Under the pieces are notes generated by a model. It ran no database searches and had not been told where the DNA came from. It saw only the letters and a program-made list of their open reading frames with translations. A stretch of DNA of 28,917 nt from Thermoleophilaceae bacterium (GTDB lineage: Bacteria > Actinomycetota > Thermoleophilia > Solirubrobacterales > Thermoleophilaceae): contig JBJMLJ010000270.1 of NCBI GenBank assembly GCA_045805365.1, positions 1 through 28,917 of the forward strand, given 5' to 3'. The position numbers and the translations under genes are program-made. Below are positions 1 to 7,418 of the stretch, piece after piece (within the stretch, counting starts at the first letter, position 1; each line of letters opens with the position of its first letter).

Positions 1-103
1 GAAGCCGGCGACGGCTAGGAATGCTGCGGTGCTCGCCGGGCCAACGCCCCGGCTGCGCTCCTCGCTTGCGCCCCATTACTCCGGTGTGAGAGATTCGCGC
101 GCC

Positions 104-1036
104 GTGAGCGGCGATTCGAAGACCGCGTTCCTCCTGCCCGGCCAGGGCTCCCAGAAGGTCGGGATGGCGGCCAAGCTGCGTGAGACCGACGCCGACCTGG
201 TCGACGGCTACCTGAAGCGCGCGGACGAGGCCTCGGGCCTCGACGTGAGCCAGTTCGTCGACGAGGGCCCGATGGAGATGCTCACCCGGACCGACGTCGC
301 CCAGCCGGCGCTCTTCTCGATCTCGATGGCGGTCGTGGAGGTGGCCCGCGAGCGAGGGCTGCGCGCCGACTTCGTCGCCGGCCACAGCCTCGGCGAGTAC
401 ACGGCGGCCGCCGTCTCGGGAGCGCTGGACGTCGACGACGCCTTGCCGCTCGTCTGCGAGCGCGGCCGGCTGATGGCGGCGATCCAGTCGGAGCGGCCTG
501 GCGCGATGGCGGCGATCATCGGGCTGGGCCGCGAGCAGGTCGAGGAGCTCTGCTCGCGGGCGTCGGAGGCCGGGTTGGTCGCCCCCGCGAACATCAACTC
601 CGACAGCCAGATCGTCGCTTCGGGCGAGGAGGGCGGGATCGAGAGGCTGATCGAGCTCGCCGAGGAGGCCGGCGCGAAGCGGGCGCTGCGGCTCCAGGTT
701 GGAGCCGCCTTCCACAGCGAGCTGATGAAGCCGGTCCAGGAGAAGCTCGCCGCGAGGATGGAGGGCCTCACCTGGCGGGACCCCGAGCCCCCGCTCGTGG
801 CCAACTGCTCGGGCGAGGTCGTCAGCACCGGCGACGGCGTCCGTGAGGCGCTCATCACCCAGATCGCCAGCCCGGTCCTCTGGGTCGACTGCGTGCGGAC
901 CCTGCGCCAGGCGGGCGTGAATACCTTCGTCGAGCTCGGCCCTGGCCGGGTGCTGACCGGCCTGGTGCGCCAGATCGACCCCGAGGCCGAGCTGGTGAAC
1001 GCGGACTCGCGGGAAGCCCTGGCTCCCAGCGCCTAG
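104..1036 (+). CDS. fabD: Malonyl-CoA:ACP transacylase (FabD/MCAT)
   Basis: Motifs LLPGQGSQ, TDVAQPAL, catalytic GHSLGEY, AFHS and ELGPG. Start moved from 29 to the in-frame GTG at 104 (VSGDSKTAFLLPGQG), matching the usual FabD N-terminus. Confidence 0.95.
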   Translation: MSGDSKTAFLLPGQGSQKVGMAAKLRETDADLVDGYLKRADEASGLDVSQFVDEGPMEMLTRTDVAQPALFSISMAVVEVARERGLRADFVAGHSLGEYTAAAVSGALDVDDALPLVCERGRLMAAIQSERPGAMAAIIGLGREQVEELCSRASEAGLVAPANINSDSQIVASGEEGGIERLIELAEEAGAKRALRLQVGAAFHSELMKPVQEKLAARMEGLTWRDPEPPLVANCSGEVVSTGDGVREALITQIASPVLWVDCVRTLRQAGVNTFVELGPGRVLTGLVRQIDPEAELVNADSREALAPSA

Positions 1037-1977
1037 CTCCCGAGTACCCAGCGGCCGTCCTCCTGCCGCAGGGTGACCCGGTCGCCGCCCTCGTCCAGCT
1101 CGATCGTCGCCTCGCCTGCATCCACGTCGATCTGCACGCGCAGGGAGACGGGCGTCCGCGGCTCGGGCTCTGGTTCCGGCTCGGGCTCTGGTTCCGGCGC
1201 GGCCTCGGGCGCGGCCTCGGGCTCCGGCACCTCGGTGTCCTGGACCCGGGGCGCCTCCTCGACCGGCGTCGGCGCCGGCGTGACCGTGTCCTGGGGCGGT
1301 CCCGAGGGCGGAGGCAAGTCCGCGGGCTCCGGCTCGTTCGGCGGCGGGGCCGGCGGGACGGGCGCCGGCGTCACGGTTTCCTGGGGCGGACCCGACGGCG
1401 GCGGCAGGTCGGTGGGCGCCTCGGGGCCGGGCTGAGCCGCGGCGGGGGGCGGCCCTGGGGGTCCCGGCGGCGGCGGCGGGGGCGCGTGCGGTCCGGCCGG
1501 CGGCGGCGCGCCTGGGTCCGCCGGGGGCATCTCCGCCGTGGGCTCGGGCTGGGGCACGAACGTGTCCGGGGTCGGCGAAGGCCCTTCGGCAGGCGGCTCG
1601 GGGACCGAGTCGGGGACGCTGGCGATCCGCGTCGCACCCAGACCCTCCGGCGGCCCGGATGCCTCCGGCTCGGGCGAGGGGGGCGGCGCCGACAGCTGAG
1701 TGACCATGCGCGTGCCGCCAACCTCGATCTGGTCACCATCGGAGAGCCGGTGCGGAGCGGCGAGCCTGTTGCCGTTCACGAACGTGCCGTTCATCGAGCC
1801 CAGGTCCTCGATGACCCAGGCGTCGCCCTGGCGTATGAAGCGCGCGTGCTGACGTGACAGCTCCGGATCGTCGGCGAGGCGGCCGTCCTCGGAGCCGGTC
1901 CTGCCGATGATCAACTCGTCGTCGACCGGGATCTGCTGGCCCGACGCGTTCCCCTCGATAACCATCAGCTTCAACAT
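1033..1977 (-). CDS. FHA-domain protein with long Pro/Glu-rich linker and small C-terminal domain
   Basis: N-terminal FHA signature IIGR...LSRQHARF...DLGSMNGTFVNG, then about 180 aa of Pro-rich low-complexity sequence and a roughly 40 aa tail. Starts 2 nt after the cyclase stop. Confidence 0.9.
   Translation of the reverse strand: MLKLMVIEGNASGQQIPVDDELIIGRTGSEDGRLADDPELSRQHARFIRQGDAWVIEDLGSMNGTFVNGNRLAAPHRLSDGDQIEVGGTRMVTQLSAPPPSPEPEASGPPEGLGATRIASVPDSVPEPPAEGPSPTPDTFVPQPEPTAEMPPADPGAPPPAGPHAPPPPPPGPPGPPPAAAQPGPEAPTDLPPPSGPPQETVTPAPVPPAPPPNEPEPADLPPPSGPPQDTVTPAPTPVEEAPRVQDTEVPEPEAAPEAAPEPEPEPEPEPEPRTPVSLRVQIDVDAGEATIELDEGGDRVTLRQEDGRWVLGS
1160..1198. repeat. Perfect 18-nt tandem repeat (ggctcgggctctggttcc x2) encoding a (PE)n tract of the FHA linker
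   Basis: Units at 1160-1177 and 1178-1195 are identical. Confidence 0.9.
1271..1410. repeat. Degenerate ~50-nt duplication, 90-nt period, encoding DLPPPSGPPQ(E/D)TVTPAP twice
   Basis: 1271-1320 and 1361-1410 encode near-identical peptides with synonymous differences. Confidence 0.85.
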
Positions 1978-1979
1978 GC

Positions 1980-2327
1980 TCAGCCCTCAGAGTCGGATGC
2001 GTCCCAACTGTAGAACTCACGCGCTTGGGCGTCCTTCGGGGACTTCCACGTCTCGGGGTTGTACGGCGTGATGTACGCGTCGAGCTTGCGGCTGATCTCC
2101 TGGAACAGGGGGTGATTGCGTACCTCGTCGACCGTCTCGCCGAACTCGGTGTCCATTTCCACGTAGTGGACGTAGATGTCATCCAGCACGAAGAGGCTCC
2201 GGTGCCGCACCTTGGCGAGCCCCGGGAGGTCGCTCTCGTCCGATTGCTCGAACAGCTTGGCGACCTCGTCCTCCGAGCCCGGCTTGATGCGGGCGATGAT
2301 GCAGCCTCGCTGGACGCCGTCAGCCAT
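1980..2327 (-). CDS. Polyketide cyclase, TcmI / WhiE-ORFVII family
   Basis: IIARIKPGSEDEVAKLFEQSD...RHRSLF...YITPYNPETWKSPKDAQAREFYSW follows the TcmI-family pattern as I recall it. Confidence 0.92.
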   Translation of the reverse strand: MADGVQRGCIIARIKPGSEDEVAKLFEQSDESDLPGLAKVRHRSLFVLDDIYVHYVEMDTEFGETVDEVRNHPLFQEISRKLDAYITPYNPETWKSPKDAQAREFYSWDASDSEG

Positions 2328-2784
2328 TCTTCGCGGCCTCCTCCAGGCGCTCCTTGATGACGCCCATCTGCTCCTTGGTGCTCTTGTTCATGTACTCCTC
2401 GGCGGTCGCATCGTCCGCGGGGGCGTCCGGCTTCATCGAGAAGTCCTGGACCCAGCGCATCTTGGTGGAGCCGTCCTCCTCCTCGAAGTACCACTCGATG
2501 TTCATGTACTCGAAGGGGCCGGTCTCGATCCGGCGTGACTTCGACTGGTAGTTCGCCGGGTCGGCCTCGCGCTCGGACACCCAGCTCCAGACCTGGCCGT
2601 CGTACTCCGGGTCCGGGTGGGTGGTCAGCCGGAACTTGACCTTGTTTTCGCCCTCCTCTTCGATCACCTCCGCCTTCGCGTACTCGCTGAAGAGGTTGGG
2701 CCAGCTCTCGATGTCCATCATCCGCTCCCACACGAAGTCGCGCGGGGCTTCGATGACCACCTCGTTGTCGGTGTGCGCGGCCAT
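2320..2784 (-). CDS. Aromatase/cyclase, SRPBCC fold, TcmN-N / WhiE-ORFVI family
   Basis: MAAHTDNEVVI..WPNLFSEY..VWSWVSER..ETGPFEYMNI.W..RWVQDF closely follows the recalled WhiE-ORFVI/TcmN aromatase sequence. Confidence 0.95.
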   Translation of the reverse strand: MAAHTDNEVVIEAPRDFVWERMMDIESWPNLFSEYAKAEVIEEEGENKVKFRLTTHPDPEYDGQVWSWVSEREADPANYQSKSRRIETGPFEYMNIEWYFEEEDGSTKMRWVQDFSMKPDAPADDATAEEYMNKSTKEQMGVIKERLEEAAKNG

Positions 2785-2787
2785 TGG

Positions 2788-3048
2788 CTACTCCTTCTCC
2801 GCCAGCCGGCGGTTGGTGTACTCGATCGCCTGTCCCACGGTCGTGATCTCCGAGGCGTCCTCGTCCGGGATCTCGAAGCCGTAGTCCTGCTGCATGGCGA
2901 GCTGGATCTCGACGAACGCCAGCGAGTCGAGGCCCATATCCTCGAAGCTGGCTTCGGGGTCGTTCGTCACGCTGTCCTCCGGGAGCCCGACGCGCTCCAC
3001 CAGGATCCGCTTGAGATCATCGAAGGTGAACTGCCGGTCCACTGACAT
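2788..3048 (-). CDS. Acyl carrier protein of the type II PKS
   Basis: 86 aa, acidic, GLDSL phosphopantetheine site; GGAGG RBS at 3056-3060 on the minus strand. Confidence 0.95.
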   Translation of the reverse strand: MSVDRQFTFDDLKRILVERVGLPEDSVTNDPEASFEDMGLDSLAFVEIQLAMQQDYGFEIPDEDASEITTVGQAIEYTNRRLAEKE

Positions 3049-3060
3049 AGGCGTGCCTCC

Positions 3061-4833
3061 TTAGGTTGGGACTCCGGTTTGGTGTTGCGGCTTGGCCAGG
3101 GCCTTCAAAGTCGGTAGCTGCTCCTCGATCGCCTCCCGGCCGGCCGCCAGGAAGAGGTCGGCGAGGTGGAAGTCGCGCCAGCTCCCAGGGCCGAAGCGGG
3201 GGTGGAGCACGACGTCCGCAAGCTCCGCGTGCCTGATGCTGCCGTCCTGCGCGGAGAGGTCGTTGACCTCGAGGATCGTCTCGAGCATGCGCGTGCCCTG
3301 CTTCTTCTCCTCCTGGGGCGGAGGCGGCTCCAGCCCCGGCCAGGCGGGCAGGCTCTCGCGCGGCATCAGGTTCATGGAGACGACCACGTCGGCGCCCGCC
3401 TCGTAGGCCGCTCCGCTCGGCACCGGGACGAGCGCCAGCCCATCCACGAGCCGATGGCCCTCCATCTCGTACGGGGGGGCCATGCCGGCCAGCGCAGTGG
3501 CCGCCATCAGCGCCTCCCACAGGGGGCCGTCGCTGATCGGCGATGGGCGCCGCTCGGTCAGGTCGACCGCCATCGCCACCAGCGGGATCACGAGGTCGTC
3601 GAAGGTGCCGTTGTTGGTGGTGTCGCGGAACACCTGCTCGATCGTCTCCAGGCCCTTTGACGCACCCGCGAGGGTGAGCGTGAACAGCTCAGCCACGTTG
3701 TCGGGGTTGAACGCCTCGCGCAGGGTGCGGTCGACCTCTGACGAGTCCATGCCCATCGCCAGGTAGGCGCCGGCGATCGCGCCGATGCTGCTGCCGGCCA
3801 CGTAGTCGACTACGTAGCCCTCGCGCTCGAGACCCTGCAGCAAGCCCACGTGCGCGTAGCCCTTCGCCCCGCCCGCGCCGAGCGCCAGACCCAGCTTCGT
3901 GCGGGCCAGATGGCGGCCGAGCCAGGCCACGTCCTCCGGCGGGAGCGACCCGTTGTCCCTGCCGATCGAGCGGATCACCGGCAGGCCGGCGACCATGCGG
4001 CCGCGCTCGCGACCGCGCTGCTCCTCGACGAGCACGAGCTCGACGCGCCGACCCTCGAGCTCCTCCATTTGCGCGACGCTGGCGGCGTCCGGCTCGCCGT
4101 CGGCCAGAACGACGATCCGGTCGGTGTGCTCCCCGAGCTGCTGAGCGGAGCGGCCCTCGGCCCGCGCCGCCACCACGACCGTGCCGTGCCTCTCCAGCAT
4201 CTGGTCGATCCGCGCGACGGCCTCGTGGAAGCCCGTGCGCGTGTCGAGCCAGTCGACCTTGCGCGGGCTGGCCTTGCCGGCGGCCTCCACGACCTGCGGG
4301 ACGAGGTCGGCCAGGGAGCTGCTGAAGATCAGCCCGACGGCCTCGCCGCTCGACTCCTCCTCGGTCGCGCCCTGGTACGCGCGCAGCAGGCGACGCCGCA
4401 TGATCTTCGTGAAGTTGACGACGATCCCCGGGTGCTCCTCCATGAGCCGCTCGAAGTCCTTGCGCGACATCTCGAGCGCGCTCACATAGGAGCTGGCCAC
4501 CACCGTGACCGTGTGCCGGTCGCCCGTGACGAGCGACGTCGCCCCGATCACGTCGCCACGGCGCTGCTTGGACACCACGCGCTGGTCACCGGTCCCCGGC
4601 ATCGCCTGCGCCACTCCCTCGACGATCAGGAACATCGTCTCCCCGCGCTTGCCGGCACGCGAGATCTCGGCGCCGGGCGGGAAGCTGACCGGCTGCATCC
4701 GCTCCGAGATCCGGGCGAGCGCGTCGGTGTCCAGGCCGTCGAAGAGGGTGCACTGCTCGAGCGCGGCGAACGGCGACAGCGCGCCCGCCATCGACATCGA
4801 GGACATCAGCCGGTCGGTGGGGATCTCAGGCAT
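3061..4833 (-). CDS. cNMP-binding domain + patatin-like serine hydrolase (NTE-like architecture)
   Basis: N-terminal CAP-type fold (FPPGAEISRAG...MFLIVEG...GDVIG); C-terminal patatin motifs GAGGAKG, GSSIG and DGL. Start moved from 5070 to the ATG at 4833, which overlaps the ligase stop by 8 nt. Confidence 0.9.
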   Translation of the reverse strand: MPEIPTDRLMSSMSMAGALSPFAALEQCTLFDGLDTDALARISERMQPVSFPPGAEISRAGKRGETMFLIVEGVAQAMPGTGDQRVVSKQRRGDVIGATSLVTGDRHTVTVVASSYVSALEMSRKDFERLMEEHPGIVVNFTKIMRRRLLRAYQGATEEESSGEAVGLIFSSSLADLVPQVVEAAGKASPRKVDWLDTRTGFHEAVARIDQMLERHGTVVVAARAEGRSAQQLGEHTDRIVVLADGEPDAASVAQMEELEGRRVELVLVEEQRGRERGRMVAGLPVIRSIGRDNGSLPPEDVAWLGRHLARTKLGLALGAGGAKGYAHVGLLQGLEREGYVVDYVAGSSIGAIAGAYLAMGMDSSEVDRTLREAFNPDNVAELFTLTLAGASKGLETIEQVFRDTTNNGTFDDLVIPLVAMAVDLTERRPSPISDGPLWEALMAATALAGMAPPYEMEGHRLVDGLALVPVPSGAAYEAGADVVVSMNLMPRESLPAWPGLEPPPPQEEKKQGTRMLETILEVNDLSAQDGSIRHAELADVVLHPRFGPGSWRDFHLADLFLAAGREAIEEQLPTLKALAKPQHQTGVPT

Positions 4834-6136
4834 GGAGGGCGGCGCGGTCGGGCTTGCCCGAGGCCAGCAGCGGCAGCTCGGGCACGATTTCGATCTCGTA
4901 GGGCAGCTTGTAGCCGGCGATCCGCTCGCGGGCGAAGTGCAACAGGTCGGCCGGCGCCAGGTCGGCCTCGGTGACGACGAAGGCCTTGAGCGCCTCGCCC
5001 ATGCGCTCGTTGGGAACGGCGACGACGGCCGCCTGGCGGACGTCTGGATGCGTGAGCAGGCAGCCCTCAACCTCGGCCGGGAAGACGTTGAAGCCGCCGA
5101 CGTGCGCGACCTCCTTGGCCCGCCCGGAGATGTGGACGTTGCCGTCCTCGTCGATCGAGCCGAGGTCGCCGGTCCGGAACCAGTCGCCGTCGAAGGCCTC
5201 GGCGGTCAGCTCGGGCTTGCGGAAGTAGCCGGGGGTGACGCCCGGGCCGCGCACCTGGATCTCCTCGCGCTCTACGCGGAACTCGAAGCCGGGCAGCGGG
5301 CGGCCCACCGAGCCGTGGCGCACCTCCGGCGGGTCGTCGGGCCGGCAGCTGGCCGCGGCGCCCAGCTCGGTCATCCCGAAGAGGTTGAGGATCCTGGCGC
5401 CGGCGTCGTCCAGGCGCCCGAGCAGCTCGGCGGGGCAGACCGCCCCGGCGACGAAGCCGCCGCGCAGCCGGGGCGGGAGCGCCCGCAGCAGGCCAGCGAA
5501 GAGCGTGGGGGAGCCGTGGACGATCGTCGCCTCGGGGTCGATGCCGTCGAGGGCGAGGCCCGGCTCGAGCATCTGGACGCGCGCACCCGCGTGAAGCCCG
5601 GCGAGCAGCGCGGCGAGGCCGAAGGCATGGGAGGCGGGCACGGGAAGGGCGATCACGTCGTCCTCGCTCAGCTCGAGGACGCCGGCCAGCACCTCCGCCT
5701 GGTCGGCCAGCGCCGCCCGCGTGACCAGCGCGCCCTTGGGCTCGCCGGTCGTGCCGGAGGTGTAGAGGATCGCGCCGACGTCCGGATCACACGGCTCTGT
5801 GTCCTCTGCCACCTGTCCTATGCCGTCCTGGCCGAGCACGAGCCACGGCAGCTCGCTTCCCCTCGCGAACTCGGCGAACGAGTAGCCCCGATGCTCCGCG
5901 ACCGACAGGACGAGCGCCGGGTCGGCGTCCGTGAGTATTCGGCCGAGGTCGTACTCGCGCAGCCGCGCGCTCAGGGGAACGGGGACCGCGCCCGCCCTCC
6001 AGGCGGCGAGCAGCGCCGTTCGGAGCAGCGGTTCGTTGGGCGCGACGATCGCCACGCGGGCGCCGTGGCCGGGGAGCCTGGCCGCCAGCTCTTCGACTGC
6101 GGCGGAGTCCTGGCCGAGGTCCGCGAGGTCCAGCAT
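4826..6136 (-). CDS. AMP-dependent acyl-CoA/acyl-ACP ligase (ANL superfamily)
   Basis: YTSGTTGEPKG, FGMTE, FRTGDLG, GRAKE and YKLP motifs; short N-terminus (436 aa). Confidence 0.92.
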   Translation of the reverse strand: MLDLADLGQDSAAVEELAARLPGHGARVAIVAPNEPLLRTALLAAWRAGAVPVPLSARLREYDLGRILTDADPALVLSVAEHRGYSFAEFARGSELPWLVLGQDGIGQVAEDTEPCDPDVGAILYTSGTTGEPKGALVTRAALADQAEVLAGVLELSEDDVIALPVPASHAFGLAALLAGLHAGARVQMLEPGLALDGIDPEATIVHGSPTLFAGLLRALPPRLRGGFVAGAVCPAELLGRLDDAGARILNLFGMTELGAAASCRPDDPPEVRHGSVGRPLPGFEFRVEREEIQVRGPGVTPGYFRKPELTAEAFDGDWFRTGDLGSIDEDGNVHISGRAKEVAHVGGFNVFPAEVEGCLLTHPDVRQAAVVAVPNERMGEALKAFVVTEADLAPADLLHFARERIAGYKLPYEIEIVPELPLLASGKPDRAALHA

Positions 6137-6143
6137 CAGGGCC

Positions 6144-7418
6144 TCAGCCCGCGCGCCGAAGGACCAGCGCGCTGTTGAAACCGCCGTACCCGCGAGCGTT
6201 CACGAGCACGGTCCCGATCGCGGCCTTGCGGGCAGAGCCCGTGATGAAGTCGAGGCCGTCGCAGCCCTCCGCCGGCTCGTCGAGGTTGATCGTCGGCGGG
6301 ATCACGCCGTCGCGCATGGACAGCATCGCGGCGGCCACGTCGAGCGACGCCCCGCCGGCGTAGAGCCGGCCGGTCATCGACTTGGGCGCCGTAACCGGGG
6401 TGTCTGATGCACCCTTGCCGAAGACCTTCTTTATCGCCTGCGCCTCGAGCTTGTCCCACTCGGGGATGCCGGCGCCGTCGGCGAAGATCGCATCCACGTC
6501 GCCGGGGCCGATGCCGGCGTCGTCCAGCGCGATCTGCATCGCGCTCGCGAGACGACGGCCGTCCGGCGCCGGCTCGCCCCAGTGGTAGCCGTCGCTCGTG
6601 GCGCCGTAGCCGAGGACCTCGGCGTAAACCTGCGGCGCCCCGCGCTCTTTGGCGGTCGACTCGTTCTCGGCGATCACGATGGCGCCGCCCTCGCCCGGCA
6701 CGTAGCCATTGGCGGCGCTGTCGAAGGGCCGGAACGCCTGATCGGGATCGGTCTCGGTGCTCAGGTAGCCGTTCTCGAGCTGGCAGGTCAGGGCGTAGGG
6801 GCCGATCGGCGCCTCGAGCCCACCGCTGACGACGAAGTCGACGCCGCGCCGGATCGTGCGCCGGGAGTGTTGGACGGCCTCGAGGCCGCCGGCGCCCTCG
6901 GCGAGCACGACGCCGCACGGGCCCTTCATGTTGTGCTTGATCGAGATCTGGCCGGTGGTGGCGGCGTAGAACCAGGCGATCGACTGGTAGGCGCCGACGA
7001 AGCCCGGCCCCTTGCCCCAGAGGTTCTGGATCTCCTTCTGGCCGAAGTCGTTGCCGCCGGACGAGCTGGCCGTGATGACACTCATCGAGTAGGGGTCGTG
7101 GTCCTCGGGGTTGAAGTCGGCGTCCTCCAGCGCCATCTGCGTGGCGCCGAGGGCCATCCAGGTCCAGCGATCGGTCTGGACCATGAGCCGCTTGTCGATG
7201 TACTGCTCGGGGTCGAAGCCGTTGACCTCGCCGGCGAGCTGGGCCTCGTAGCGGGACGGGTCGAACTTGGTGATCCGCCCGATCGCGTTCTTGCCCTCGC
7301 ACGCCGCCTTCCACCAGGCCTCCGTGCCGATGCCGCCCGGCGCCACCACGCCGAGGCCGGTCAGGACCATCTTGCGGTCCCGCGAGGGGAGGCTCGTGCG
7401 CGGCGCCGAGGCCTCCAT
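6144..7418 (-). CDS. Type II PKS chain-length factor (KS-beta), WhiE-like
   Basis: VLTGLGVVAPGG, QTDRWT, FGQKEIQNLW, YQSIAWFYAATTGQISI and GPCGVV motifs; no active-site Cys. True start is the ATG at 7418, coupled to KS-alpha by a TGATG overlap. Confidence 0.95.
   Translation of the reverse strand: MEASAPRTSLPSRDRKMVLTGLGVVAPGGIGTEAWWKAACEGKNAIGRITKFDPSRYEAQLAGEVNGFDPEQYIDKRLMVQTDRWTWMALGATQMALEDADFNPEDHDPYSMSVITASSSGGNDFGQKEIQNLWGKGPGFVGAYQSIAWFYAATTGQISIKHNMKGPCGVVLAEGAGGLEAVQHSRRTIRRGVDFVVSGGLEAPIGPYALTCQLENGYLSTETDPDQAFRPFDSAANGYVPGEGGAIVIAENESTAKERGAPQVYAEVLGYGATSDGYHWGEPAPDGRRLASAMQIALDDAGIGPGDVDAIFADGAGIPEWDKLEAQAIKKVFGKGASDTPVTAPKSMTGRLYAGGASLDVAAAMLSMRDGVIPPTINLDEPAEGCDGLDFITGSARKAAIGTVLVNARGYGGFNSALVLRRAG

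Noticed and set aside
1073-1435. Gly/Ser-rich plus-strand ORF that looks like a GS linker
   Set aside because: It is the reverse-strand reading of the Pro/Glu-rich FHA linker.
4505-6178. 557-aa plus-strand ORF (also 3850-4974)
   Set aside because: Antisense to the ligase and patatin genes, which carry clear catalytic motifs.
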